Positions 10,884 through 21,908 of a DNA stretch of 64,000 bases are shown one piece after another (within the stretch, counting starts at the first letter, position 1; each line of letters begins with the position of its first letter). The notes under the pieces are model-generated. The model searched no databases. It was not told the DNA's origin and saw only the letters and a program-made list of their open reading frames with translations. Origin of the DNA: an uncultured Gemmatimonadales bacterium (GTDB taxonomy: Bacteria > Gemmatimonadota > Gemmatimonadetes > Gemmatimonadales > GWC2-71-9); contig CAWEMG010000017.1 of assembly GCA_963810165.1 (NCBI GenBank), positions 7,229 through 71,228 on the forward strand, given 5' to 3'. A program made the position numbers and the translations under genes.

Positions 10884-11099
10884 CTAGCGCGCAGTATCGC
10901 GCTTCACGTCGCCTTCGCGCACGGTGGTGTCGGTATCGACATCGACCGTCGTGTCGCTGGTGACGATCGTGGTGTCCTGCGTGGTCCTGGTGGTGACCGA
11001 GGTGTCGGCGTTTTCAACTCGTCCGGTGTCCCGCCCGGCCCGGTTCTCACAGGCCGTCAATGCCAACACGAACGCCAGTCCTGCGAACAGTGTCTTCAT
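10884..11099 (-). CDS. small Thr/Asp-rich lipoprotein
   Basis: ATG 11099. MKTLFAGLAFVLALTAC = signal peptide plus lipobox. Only the last 71 codons of ORF 10884..11861 are credible; the rest is antisense to DUF72. Confidence 0.55.
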   Translation of the reverse strand: MKTLFAGLAFVLALTACENRAGRDTGRVENADTSVTTRTTQDTTIVTSDTTVDVDTDTTVREGDVKRDTAR

Positions 11100-11296
11100 C
11101 TGATCCCCCAAAATGAATGTGCCAGTGCCTAGGCTTCGGTCATTTGCCCGAAACTCTTCCACCAAGTCGAGCCTGAACACTGCCACCTTGCCCGGCCTAG
11201 TCGCGGTGACTTGTCTCACCCTGCGCCCCAGAGGCTGGGATTTGGGGGCCCGCAAGTTTAGCCCGGAAGCGCCAACCCTGCAACAGCATAGAGGAA

Positions 11297-12038
11297 ATGC
11301 CGGGTCCGGCTGAGGTGTGGCTGGGGACCTCCGGGTACGTGTACCGGCACTGGCGAAAGGGGGTGTTTCTACCCTTCTGGCCTTCCGGCGCGGGAGGAGC
11401 TGACCTACTACGGGTCCCGGTTCAGGACCGTCGAGCTGAACAACCCATTCTATCGCCTGCCGACCGCGGAGATGTTCCAGCGTTGGCGCGATACCACCTC
11501 TGAGGGCTTCCAATTCGCTGTCAAAGCGAGCCGCTACATCACTCATATCAAGCGGCTGCGCGAGGTCGGCGATGAGCTCCAGCTGTTCCTCGAGAGAGCC
11601 GATCATCTGGGGCCCAAGCTGGGACCGATTCTGTTCCAACTCCCACCCAACCAGCAGCTCGATCTGACCCGGCTGCCAGAGTTTCTCCGGCTGCTGCCCG
11701 GAACCCGCCGCTGGGTGCTGGAGTTCCGCCACCCGAGCTGGCACACCCGCGACGTGTACCAGCTTTTGACCGAACATGCCGTCGCACTCTGCATCCCGGT
11801 CGGAGGCGGGCTTCACCCGGATCGAGTGACCACGGCACCATTCACCTACTTCCGAATGCATCGGGGCCAGGAGCCAGATGGCGGGTTTACCGACCAGGAG
11901 CTGGTCTCGTGGGCCGGCCAGATCCGGGGCCTCCGGAACGCCGGTAAGGAGGTGTACGTCTATTTCAACAACGATTGGGGAGGATATGCTATTCGGGACG
12001 CGTTGAAGCTCAGGGAACTGCTGGGGGTACCACAGTAA
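11297..12038 (+). CDS. DUF72 (YecE-like) protein, frameshifted
   Basis: VWLGTSGYVYRHWRKGVF | YPSGLPARRELTYYGSRFRTVELNNPFYRLPT...FQLPP. The frame changes in or next to G5 run 11359-11363. Confidence 0.8.
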
Positions 12039-12047
12039 ATTCCCGGC

Positions 12048-12614
12048 TCACTCTACCCACCGGGTCAGTCCAGCGGCGGCTTTCCGGCGCCTGGGAACCT
12101 CCTGCTCAGCAGGGTAGCCGAGCGAGATGAGCCCCACGATGCGGTAATTCTCAGGCACACCGACCAGCTCGAGGAGACCCACATCCTGCATCACACCCCC
12201 GGTCTTCAGGTAGGTCCCAAGCCCGAGCGATTCGGCCGCGATCATGAGGTTTGCCACCGCCATCAGGACCGCAGCATAGTCCTCTTCACGGGTGATCTCA
12301 TCGGAGCTCACCGCCGCCATCGCCACGATATGAACCGGAGTTTCCACGGTTTCCCGCCGCACCTTCTCCGCTCCAGCCAGCGCTTCGGACGAGGTCGGAT
12401 CGGTATACCGCTTCAGACGGTGTCGCGCCCGGATCTCGGCGTAGCGTGCGCCCGCCGCACCGGTCAGCACGGCGAAGCGCCATGGCTCTGTGAGTTTGTG
12501 GTTGGGAGCGCGCACCGCACACTCGAGCAGTTGCTCCACGACCGGGCGGGGCACCGGCCGGGACTGAAAACGACGCACCGAAGTCCGCTTGTTGATGGCG
12601 GTAATCGCATCCAT
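12048..12614 (-). CDS. nitroreductase family protein
   Basis: RTSVRRFQSRPVP...LLECAVRAPNHKLTEPWRF...GLGTYLKTG, typical FMN nitroreductase fold. Confidence 0.85.
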   Translation of the reverse strand: MDAITAINKRTSVRRFQSRPVPRPVVEQLLECAVRAPNHKLTEPWRFAVLTGAAGARYAEIRARHRLKRYTDPTSSEALAGAEKVRRETVETPVHIVAMAAVSSDEITREEDYAAVLMAVANLMIAAESLGLGTYLKTGGVMQDVGLLELVGVPENYRIVGLISLGYPAEQEVPRRRKAAAGLTRWVE

Positions 12615-12625
12615 GGAGACGGAAT

Positions 12626-13177
12626 CTACTCTACTTTACCGGCGGCCCGATAACGGCGGACGAGGCAGGTTAACGCGACGAAATCGTAGAGCGTGTGGGC
12701 GACGATGGGCACCAGGAGGTTTCCCTGCAGGAGAAACAACGCTCCCAAGTACGCGCCGGCCAGGAAGGCAAGCAGCGCATACGTGGGGGTCAGAAAATGG
12801 ACCAGACCAAACGCCACGCTGGTGATCGTCAGGGCCAGGCCATCGGAAAGCACGCGACCCAATCCCACTTGCATCACACCGCGAAACAGGAACTCCTCGG
12901 CCAGACCCGCGAGAATGGCGATACCCGCGAGCTCTCCTGACGATCGGGCGGCCAACAGCGGACCGAGCTGGTCCTGAACAAGCTGGACCAGCTGCCTCAC
13001 TGCCCCTGCCGGGGTCCGCAATGCCCAGTACAAGCCGAGCAACATCGGCAGCGCCGCAGCTGTTCCCCGAGCCACGCCGGGCCAGTCGAGATGAAGTTGT
13101 CCGAGCGGGTCGATGTCGAGCCAGCGGGCTAGTGCCCAGCCCAGCAGGAGCAGTCCCGCTTCCCCGGCCATGACCAT
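12626..13177 (-). CDS. CPBP-family intramembrane glutamic endopeptidase
   Basis: EEFLFRG, FGLVHF and HTLYDF motifs in a polytopic membrane protein. Confidence 0.8.
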   Translation of the reverse strand: MVMAGEAGLLLLGWALARWLDIDPLGQLHLDWPGVARGTAAALPMLLGLYWALRTPAGAVRQLVQLVQDQLGPLLAARSSGELAGIAILAGLAEEFLFRGVMQVGLGRVLSDGLALTITSVAFGLVHFLTPTYALLAFLAGAYLGALFLLQGNLLVPIVAHTLYDFVALTCLVRRYRAAGKVE

Positions 13178-13227
13178 GAGGAGGAAACTGCCCGGGGCTA
13201 TCCCATCTGGGCGGGGGCGGGAGGGGT

Positions 13228-13785
13228 CTACTTGGCCCGCTCGAGGTAGGCGCCGTCTCTCGGATTCACCCTTACCCGTTCACCTTCGCTGATGAACTCA
13301 GGGACCTGGATCGTTACCCCGTTGCTCAGCTTGGCCGGCTTGGTGCTGGCGGTCTTGGTCGCGGTCTTCATGACCGGGGCTGTTTCGACCACTTCGAGCT
13401 CCGCCATGGCGGGAAGCTGGATCGAGATGGCACGGCCGTTCAACCAGTCAGCCTGAAAGTTCACTCCCGATTCCAGCCACTGCGCCTGGTCACCGGCGAC
13501 TTCTGCGTCCAGGGTGAACTGCTCATAGGTCTCCGAATCCATGACGTGCACCCCATTCGCGTCCCGATACAACACCTGTAGCTCCTTGGTGTCCAGCCGA
13601 GCTTCCTCAACGAACTCGGTGGCGCTGAAGCGGTGCTCGAAGGTGGAACCGCTGTTCAGGTTGCGCATGCGCGCCTGCACGAATGCCCGTAGATTCCCCG
13701 GCGTCCGGTGAGTGAATTCCATGACTCGGCAGGGCTGGCCCTGAAAGAAGATCACATGGCCCCGCCGAATGTCGCTTGCCTTCAT
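13228..13785 (-). CDS. efp: elongation factor P
   Basis: Full-length EF-P: MKASDIRRGHVIFFQGQPCRVMEFTHRTPGNLRAFVQARMRNL... Confidence 0.95.
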   Translation of the reverse strand: MKASDIRRGHVIFFQGQPCRVMEFTHRTPGNLRAFVQARMRNLNSGSTFEHRFSATEFVEEARLDTKELQVLYRDANGVHVMDSETYEQFTLDAEVAGDQAQWLESGVNFQADWLNGRAISIQLPAMAELEVVETAPVMKTATKTASTKPAKLSNGVTIQVPEFISEGERVRVNPRDGAYLERAK

Positions 13786-13880
13786 CGCTTCGGACTCCCT
13801 ATGGCTGACTGGTTGGCGCAGCGTGCGTATGGGCTGGAAAATACACCGCGTCGACCATTTTTCAGCGCACGCGCTATCCC

Positions 13881-14858
13881 TTGACCCATCCGACCGACTT
13901 CGGCCTGACGCGTCACGCCGACGCCGTGCGGCCGGGCCTGGAGGAATGGCGCCGGAACGTGGGCGCCCTTGTCTCCCTCGATCTCGCCTCGAGCGGCAGT
14001 GAAAACTCCCCGCCGCGAAGTCTGGTGGTCCTCAGCTGGAATGTCTGGATCGGCCGCGGCCGGCTCCAGGAGCTGGTCACGCGGATCCGGAGCGGCGACT
14101 ACGCCGATGTCGGAGCCGACCCGAATCTGCCTCTGGTCGTGCTGGTGCAGGAAGCCTACCGCAGCGACTCGTCCATTCCGCCACTTGGTGAAGGGCGTTC
14201 GGGGCGGGTGCTGGTTGCCGCGCTGGGACAACAGGAAGACATCGTCGAATCGGCCCGCGCACTCGGCATGAGCCTTCGGTACGCCCCGTCGATGCGGAAT
14301 GGGCCGACCCACAGCGACCGCGGCAATGCTATTCTGTCCAGCCTTCCTCTTTCAGGCGCACAGGCACTGGAGCTCCCGCTGGTGCTGCAGCGGCGAGTGG
14401 TGGTGAGCGCGACGGCGACAATGGGAGAGACGAAACTCCGTCTCATCAGCGCTCACCTCGATCCCCGGGGCCCACCAGGCCACAAGTGGCTCGGCGCTGC
14501 GGGCCGTGCATTGCAGGCTCAGCACCTCCTTGACTCAGTGCACGACGACACCGCGATTCTAGGCGCGGACCTCAATCTCGGACGGGGACGGTATGAGCCA
14601 GCGTGGCGGCTGCTGACCGAGGCCGGGTTTACCTTCGGGGTGCCTCCGACGTTGCCGCGGTGGCGCCATACCTACCACGCCCTGCCCCGGTTGGTACTCG
14701 ATTACCTGCTTGTGCGGAACCGCCTCAGCGACATCATTGAGGCCCGGGTGCACCGCCTGGACGAACATCCGAACGATCGTGGAGCCCGAGTCTTCGGCTC
14801 GGATCATCATCCGCTGCTGGCGCGGATCGACCTACGGCAAATGGAGGGATCTCAGTGA
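13881..14858 (+). CDS. endonuclease/exonuclease/phosphatase (EEP) family protein
   Basis: VVLSWNVWIG, LVQEAY, ISAHL and GSDHHPLLARIDL. Start (TTG 13881) uncertain. Stop overlaps the GTG of the next gene (GTGA at 14855-14858). Confidence 0.7.
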   Translation: MTHPTDFGLTRHADAVRPGLEEWRRNVGALVSLDLASSGSENSPPRSLVVLSWNVWIGRGRLQELVTRIRSGDYADVGADPNLPLVVLVQEAYRSDSSIPPLGEGRSGRVLVAALGQQEDIVESARALGMSLRYAPSMRNGPTHSDRGNAILSSLPLSGAQALELPLVLQRRVVVSATATMGETKLRLISAHLDPRGPPGHKWLGAAGRALQAQHLLDSVHDDTAILGADLNLGRGRYEPAWRLLTEAGFTFGVPPTLPRWRHTYHALPRLVLDYLLVRNRLSDIIEARVHRLDEHPNDRGARVFGSDHHPLLARIDLRQMEGSQ

Positions 14859-16157
14859 GCGAGATCGTCGGATTCGGATTGGACGTGCCCTGGTGGGCAG
14901 CGCTGCTGATGTGGATCGGCGTAATGGGCATCATCGGCGTGATCGGCTCGCTCTTTCTGCCTGATTGGCCCTCTCACGAATACCGGGCTGGCTTTGACGC
15001 AGAGCCGGGATCGGAAAAATTCGTCGAATTGTCGGCAGCTTATCTGAACTGCGCGGTGTTCCAGGGTGGAGAGGTGAGGCTGCTCCAGAATGGGGACCAG
15101 TTCTATCCCGCTATGCTGGAGGCGATCCGGGGCGCCAAGGATAGCGTCAACTTCGAGGTCTACATCTTCGATCCCGACGCGATCGGCCGGCAATTCATCG
15201 AGGCTTTCAAAGAACGAGCCCGAGCCGGGGTTGAGGTGCGATTGCTCCTCGATGGCTTCGGCTGTTGGAGACTGAAGAAGCGGCATCGAGTGGACATGGA
15301 AAAAGCTGGCGTGAAGGTGGCCCTTTTCCGGCCTCTCGCCCTGCGAAATCTGGTCCGGATGTACCGACGGACTCACCGGCGGGCCATCGTCATCGACGGC
15401 CGCATCGCTTTTACCGGCGGCGCCGCGGTCTCCGAAAAGTGGAAGGGAAACGTCACCAACGAGCATGAATGGCGCGACAGCATGACGCGGGTGACGGGTC
15501 CGCTGGTGAGCGGCGTTCAATCTGCGTTCGCCAGCAACTGGGTGTACTGCTACCGGGGAGGTCATTGCGGGACCGCGCTTCTTTCCGCCGCTCGCCCGCG
15601 GGCCGGGTCCTTGTGGGCTTTCGGTGGTCAGCTCACCGTCCGACGCGTTGCAGCCGATTCGCCTGCTCTTCTGGCTGAGCTATATCAACGCACGGAAACG
15701 CCTCTGGATCTGCAATTCATATTTCATCCCGGATGAAAGGCTGCGGGAGGCCCTGATCGATCGTGCGCGGAGCGGCATCGACGCCCGGGTTCTGGTCCCG
15801 GGCAACGAGACCGATGCGGTGCCGGTTCAAGCGGCCGGACGGAGCTACTACGAGGAGTTGCTCAAGGCGGGTGTCCGAATCTTCGAGTACGATCCTTCGA
15901 TGATGCACGCCAAAACTACCCTGGTCGATGATCGCTGGGCCATCGTGGGGTCGGCCAATCTCGACGAGCGAAGCATGGAGATCAATGAAGAGAACGTGCT
16001 AGGGATTGCCGAACCGGCCTTTGCCCGCGCGATGGAGGAGGGTATTCTCGCTGATTTCGAGAGGTCGCGAGAGATCCTGCTGGAGGAATGGCAGAAGCGC
16101 TCGCTTCTGCGCCGGGGAATGGAGCGGTTTTGTAAGCTTTTGATAGAGCAGTATTAG
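14855..16157 (+). CDS. phospholipase D / cardiolipin-synthase-like protein (ClsB-like), frameshifted
   Basis: N-terminal TM. First HKD-like block THRRAIVIDGRIAFTGGAAV is degenerate (K>R, N>A). Second block MHAKTTLVDDRWAIVGSANLD is canonical. Frame change about 15550-15553: NWVYC | TGEVIAGPRFFPP...VVSSPSD. Confidence 0.85.
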
Positions 16158-16171
16158 CAGTAGCCAGCCCG

Positions 16172-16432
16172 TCAGAACGGCCCGTTGAACGCCGGATCGC
16201 AGACCCGGGTTCTGAGCTCGGTCTCGGAGCCCCGGAACCAGCCGCCCCTGAATTCAAAGTGCTGTTCGTTCAGAAGGCGCATTCCGAGCGCGGCCGGGCC
16301 CTGCTGCTGGACCTGCCAGAGCAGTACTCGGGCTCCCATCTCCGCGGCCGGCTCCCAGACATCTGGAGTCAGAGGAGGATACAGCTCGGCAAATTCGGGC
16401 TTCAGTCTGGCCTGCCGAGCTGTCGAGTCCAT
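16172..16432 (-). CDS. hypothetical protein
   Basis: 86 codons from ATG 16432 (MDSTARQARLKPEFAELYPP...). No recognisable domain. Confidence 0.4.
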   Translation of the reverse strand: MDSTARQARLKPEFAELYPPLTPDVWEPAAEMGARVLLWQVQQQGPAALGMRLLNEQHFEFRGGWFRGSETELRTRVCDPAFNGPF

Positions 16433-16709
16433 GCCTGCTCCGGGATAACAGTTGCCGCGTACAATCCGCGAGTTTTTGGAAGGCAGAGATAATGCGCGCA
16501 TCCGAGCGACTCCACCAGTGGCTACGACGTGGCGATGTTCTCACCGCAACCCCCGGGCCGCGGGAATGAAAGGAGCGCAGGATACTGGTCGCCGGGGCTT
16601 CCGTCAGCCTGGGATTCTGGGGTCAAACCGGCGGGTTCGCACGATAACGGCGCCGTCGGTGGCTTGCTGGCGGCGCATGCAAGTGTTAGCCCAGATTGAG
16701 CTTAAGAGG

Positions 16710-18204
16710 TCAATCCGGGTCGGCCGTAGTGGCGCCGCCCCCACCCATGTGGGTCTCCAGGGCCCCGGTGAGATCAACACCTTCGGCGCCTAACAGGCGG
16801 AACAACTCCCACTCCGCGGCCCGGGCGGCGTGGACTCGCCTGCCGTTGTACATCAAGGATATCACCAGGATTCCGTCACGGCGGCCGAGATACCCAGCCA
16901 GTGCGGCCACCCGGTCGAGGGTCCCGGTCTTGGCGTGCACCACCCCCCGCCCCATTCCGTAGCGCAGCCGCCGGAGCGTGCCTACACCGTTGGCGGGAAG
17001 CAGCAACGGAAAGCGCTCCGCCCCGCGCAGCTGCGGGTAACGAGCCAGGTAAAGCATGGTGGTCAAAGGGCTCACCCGGTCGAGCTCGCTCAGCCCGCTG
17101 CCGTCTACCAGGTGCACCCTCGCCTGAGGGCCCACCACATCGCGCACGTGCTGGGTCAGCAACTGGGGCCCGTTCGTCTGGCTGGCCGATGCCCACTGCA
17201 GCACCAGCTCCGCTCCGATGTTCAAGCTGCGGCGGTTTATCTCCACGGCTACACTGTCGAACGGCGGCGACTCCACCTTCGCGAGCACGGAAGGCAGTGC
17301 CGGCCACGCCGCCGGAGGCGCAAGTGCGATTCTCCCATCGAATACCCGCCCGCTCGAGTGCCGAACCCCAGGCGTACGCCAGAACACTGACCGGATCGTG
17401 GGCCACGGCGGAGATCCCTGCCACCCGCGAGTCGATCCCGATCGTGCCCGCAAGCGTCCAGCCGCCCTCACTATTGGCTATCAGCGCCAGCCGGCGACGG
17501 GTGCCGCCGACCGTGGTGGCGCTCATGCGCACCAGCCGGTCCACACCGGCAGGGTAGGCCCAGACGAAGCTGGGCGGGGAGCCCACATCCCGGCCGGGCT
17601 TGAGCTTGAGGGAGATGGTGTTCTCATGGAGCGTGACCGGTCCCACCGGCGGGGCATAGAGCTGCCCGGCATAGTCGGTTGACCAGACGGTGGGGTAGGA
17701 GGATGAGGCAGGCCCGGTGCGACTGGTCAGCATCAGCGGTCCCTCGAGGACGCTGATCCCTCGATCACGCAGTTGTTTCGCGAGCGCACGAAGGGTCGGT
17801 CCGGCTCGGCCAGAGCGCTCCAGCGTCGGATCTCCCCCGAGTTCCAGCTGCCAGCCCCCTCGCCACCTCCCGTTGAGTGAATCCAGGGAGCCGCGTCCGA
17901 TCACTCGCGTCGCGATGCGAGCACCGCCTCCCGCGCGAGCCCGGGTGAACCCGGTCGTGAACACCTTGACGGTCGAAGCAGGAATGAGCTCCCGGTGCGG
18001 GTCCACGCTCCAGAGGACCCGGCCATCCATGGTGCCGATGGCGACGCCCCACTCCCCGCCGACAGTCCGGGTGGACGTGCGTCGAAACCACTCCTCTACC
18101 GCCGCAAGCTCGGCGGGCGAGAGTGTTTGGGCTGCAAGGTTCCGGGAGACTGCGAGTCCCCCCAGAGCAAAGATGACCAGCGTCGTCAGGAGACGTTGGT
18201 GCAT
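16710..18204 (-). CDS. dacB: D-alanyl-D-alanine carboxypeptidase/endopeptidase (PBP4, peptidase S13), frameshifted
   Basis: Signal peptide, IPASTVKVFTT (SxxK), HAKTGTL (KTG). N-part in ORF 16876..18204, C-part in ORF 16710..17471. Break about 17340-17350: LERAG | FDGRIALAPP. Confidence 0.85.
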
Positions 18205-18409
18205 TGAACTCGATTCTGTTGGCGTGAATACAGGCGCTGAAACGAAGGTCCCAAGGGAGCAATCGTCGAGCCAGCGGTCAAACGCGCCGGAGACAACGAG
18301 TTAGCTAATGGCAATCGGCTGGGTACGGGCAATTCGCGGGGCAGCGGGAAGTGACGCAAGACCAGCGCCGGACTAGCGTTAGACCCTCGACCCGTGGATC
18401 TTGCGCGCT

Positions 18410-19447
18410 ATGCGTGTCGCAGTGGTTTTCGACACTCCCTACTCCGGCTGGGGGCATGCCGAGCACCAGGCCCAGATGGAGCGGGAGGTCGCCGCGTGGA
18501 AGGTGGATGAGCCCGAGATGGAGTACCAGATTGGCCACGCGTTGCGCGAGCGAGGCCACGAGGTGCGCCTGCTCGGCGTGCGGGACGATCTCCAGTCGCT
18601 GATGCACTGTCTGGAAGAATGGGCTCCGGACCTGGTGTTCAACGGGGCCGAGGCGTTTCGGGGTAACGCAGCCCTGGAGTACCTGTTGCCCGCTCTCTTG
18701 GAGGCCGAGGGCTACCGGTACACCGGCGCCCCTCCACTGGCGCTCCAGGTCACCCGTAACAAGGCCATCAGCAAGAAAGTCCTCGCCTACTTTGGCATTC
18801 AGGTACCCGGCTTCATCAGCTATCGCCTGCACGAGACCGTGGAGGCCGAGCCGGATCTGCGCTTCCCACTCTTCGTCAAACCCCTCCAGTCGGATGGGTC
18901 AGCCGGGATCGCGCAGGCGTCCGTGGTTCAGGATGTGGACGCGCTGGCTGAACGGGTTGCCTTCATTCAGGAGCGATTTGGCCAGGGGGCCATTGCGGAA
19001 GAGTTCGTGGATGGGCGGGAGCTATATGTCAGTGTCCTCGGCAACGACGACTCCCTGCAGATCCTGCCGATAATCGAAATGGTCTTCGACAAGGCAAAGA
19101 CCCGTCCAGAGGAACGGATTGCCACCCAGTACGCCAAGTGGGACGAGGCATACCGGGATCGGAAGGGGATACGGAACGTCATCGCCCGGCCGCTGTCCAA
19201 GGTAGTGCGGGACCGGATCTATCAGACCTGCCGGACCGCCTACCGGGCGCTCTGGCTGCGCGACTATGCCCGGCTCGACCTCCGGCTCACTGCCGACGGC
19301 CAGATCTGGGTGCTCGAGGCGAATGCAAACCCGTTCATCAGCTACGGTCATGACATGGCCAATGCCGCAGAAAAGGCCGGACTGGAGTACTACGATTTCA
19401 TCCAACGCATTGTCGAGGCCGCGGTAGCCCGGTATGAGCGCTCGTAG
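18410..19447 (+). CDS. ATP-grasp enzyme of the D-Ala-D-Ala-ligase-like family
   Basis: MRVAVVFD..., KAISKKVLAYFGIQVPGF, PLFVKPLQSDGSAGI, AEEFVDGRELYVSVLG, RLDLRLTADGQIWVLEANANP. ATG 18410 preferred over TTG 18401. Confidence 0.8.
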   Translation: MRVAVVFDTPYSGWGHAEHQAQMEREVAAWKVDEPEMEYQIGHALRERGHEVRLLGVRDDLQSLMHCLEEWAPDLVFNGAEAFRGNAALEYLLPALLEAEGYRYTGAPPLALQVTRNKAISKKVLAYFGIQVPGFISYRLHETVEAEPDLRFPLFVKPLQSDGSAGIAQASVVQDVDALAERVAFIQERFGQGAIAEEFVDGRELYVSVLGNDDSLQILPIIEMVFDKAKTRPEERIATQYAKWDEAYRDRKGIRNVIARPLSKVVRDRIYQTCRTAYRALWLRDYARLDLRLTADGQIWVLEANANPFISYGHDMANAAEKAGLEYYDFIQRIVEAAVARYERS

Positions 19448-20454
19448 GCGGCGGCCATCCACGTTCGCGCGGGAGCAGCGCTGCGTCTGCGGAAACGTGG
19501 TGCAGCGCTACCGACGCTTCTGCTCGTCCTGCGGCCGGGCCCAACGGTGGAACGACGCTGGAGGGGTGACCGGGGCGGAGTGCTATAAGTGCGGCTGGGC
19601 GGTCTCGGAGAAGTTCGCCTGCTGCCCCTGGTGCGGAGCGAACATCCACGAGGAGGGGTACTCCAGCGAGGAGCCGCTCAAGGCGCCTCGCGGATTCCGC
19701 ATGGACGCGCGCTGCGACTGGGGCTGTGGCGGCGGCGTGCAATACCCGATGCAGCACTGCCCCTGGTGCAGCCGCCCCCAGAGCTGGAACGAAGACCGGT
19801 TTTTCGAGGGCGAATGCCCGCACTGCGCCCGGGGTGTAGACGACTGGATGAACGCCTGCCCCTGGTGCGGTGGCGATCCCACCGGCCGCGACCTCATTCC
19901 TCGCGCGCTCACGCGAGTCCGCCGCCTGCTGCTGGTCTCCAGGATCAAGGACTGGGGTTACCGGGTGCTGCTGCGTCCGGGCGTCTCGGGTGTGGACCCC
20001 AAGTATCCCAGCATCGTCGAGATCGAACAGCGCTATGTCGTGGGCCGACGCTATCGTGACGAAATCTCATGGACCATGCTGGTCGGGCTTGCTCACCCAC
20101 GAGCTGGGTCACAGCTTCCTCTACCATCACTGGGACTGGACCCGCACCCGGCAGTTCCGCCGGGCCTTCGGGGAAGTGGATAAGGCGTACCGGGGCATGG
20201 ACAACACCTGGGTGTACTTTCAGCGGCGGCGGATAGCGATCGCACCCACGAACTTCGTCAGCGCCTATGCGGCCAAGCATCCCCAGGAGGACTTTGCCGA
20301 GACCTTCCGGTTCTACGTGACGCGCCGAGGGCGGCTGCGTGATCTCTTCGGCGAGTTTGGACGCAAGCGAAAAGGGGTCATTCTCTACGAGAAGTTTCTG
20401 GTCCTGCACGACTTCGTCCGCGCATTGAGGGGATGGGGCACCAGTTCGCCTTGA
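19434..20454 (+). CDS. four-zinc-ribbon protein with C-terminal HExxH metallopeptidase-like domain, frameshifted
   Basis: Four Cys4 modules: CVCG..CSSCG, CYKCG..CCPWCG, CDWGCG..CPWCS, CPHC..CPWCG. Then LLTHELGHSFLYHH and HPQEDFAETFRFY. Break about 20088-20092. ATG 19434 overlaps the ATP-grasp stop by 14 nt. Confidence 0.6.
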
Positions 20455-20530
20455 CAGCCCAATTTCCGGAGCGTACCCTCACCACAAACTCGCCCAACAA
20501 CACAAGAGTCACCCGGTGTCAGGAGGCCCC

Positions 20531-21792
20531 ATGTTCAGCCTTCCCCGCTGCACTGCTTTCGCGCTCATCCTTCTCACAGCTATAGCCTGCAACGACAAGA
20601 ACACCGCCGGCTCCAGTAGCGAATCCGCGGTCGTCTTGCCGGACGATAGCATCGCACTGCCAGCGCTGAGCGCAGGGCACAAGTCCGTGGCGGAGAAGGT
20701 CGTCACTCTGAGCGCAGGAGTGAAGGATGGCGACCTGGTGCTGATCTTCGGCAGCGACGAGGATCTCCCGCTGCTGGAAGACATCGCGGTAGAGGTGCGC
20801 AAGGTGGGAGCCAGCCCGCTGGTATCCGTGGCCACGGAGGAGCTGAACCGGCGTTTGTACGATGAGGTGCCCGCGAAGTACGACACCCGCGAGCCCGAGA
20901 TGATCATGAAGCTGGCGGCTGTGGTGGATGTCGTCATCAATACGGAGTCGGGTGAGGGCCGCACGCTCGAAGGCGTTCCGGCCGAGCGGATCGCTGCCCG
21001 GGGCAAGGCTTCCGCGCCGGTCGGCGCGCTAATGCAGAAGCGTGGCGTCCGAACGGTTGCGCTCGGCAACGGTCTGTATCCCAGCGAGGAGCGAGCCGAG
21101 CGGTTCGGCATCTCCCGGCAAGAGCTGGCGGAAATGATGTACGGCGGGGTAGATGCCGACTACGAAGCCCTCAAAGCCACGGGTGAGGAGATCAGAAGGG
21201 CTCTAGCTGCGGGGAAGGAGCTTCACATTACCAACCCCAACGGTACCGACCTGAAGGTTCGTATCTCGGGCCGGCCGGTCAGCATCAACGATGGCATCAT
21301 TTCGGACCAGGAGCGTCGAAAGGGTGGCGCGGCAACGTCGGTGTGGCTGCCGGCCGGCGAAGTGTATCTGACGCCGGTGCCCGGGACTGCCACCGGTACC
21401 GTGGTGGCCGACGAGTTCTTCTTTCAGGGCAAGCCTATCGCCGGGCTGCGGTTGGATTTCAAGGGGGCAAGCTGACCTCCATGACCGCCAAGGAGGGACT
21501 CGAGCCGCTCAAGGCGGCCTACGATGCAGCAGGCCCGGGAAAGGACGTGCTCGGGGTGGTGGATATCGGCATCAACGACGGCATCAAATCTCCCGAGCGC
21601 AGCCCGGTGCATGTGTGGGCCAAGGCCGGCACCGTAACGGTGGGCGTAGGCAATAACAGCTGGGCCGGCGGAGACAACCTCGTGAACTTCGGTGTTGCGC
21701 TGTATGCGCCCGGCAGCACGCTGAAAGTGGATGGAAAGCCGCTGGTTCAGGACGGAAAAATCGTGGCCGCGGAAAAGGTGGCCAACCGCTAG
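20531..21792 (+). CDS. M29 (AmpS/aminopeptidase T-like) aminopeptidase lipoprotein, frameshifted
   Basis: AGGAGG 20521-20526, ATG 20531. MFSLPRCTAFALILLTAIAC lipobox. VWLPAGEVYLTPVPGTATGTVV. Frame change at G5 21463-21467: LDFKG | GKLTSMTAKEG. Confidence 0.75.
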
Positions 21793-21908
21793 CCGCCCGG
21801 CGTAGCGCGCATCACAGACGGTCTCTATCGGACCTCGCAAATTGGAGGCACATTAGAACAGAGCGCCACCGCATCGTCGGTGGCGCACCCGTCTCCGGCG
21901 AGGTTTCT

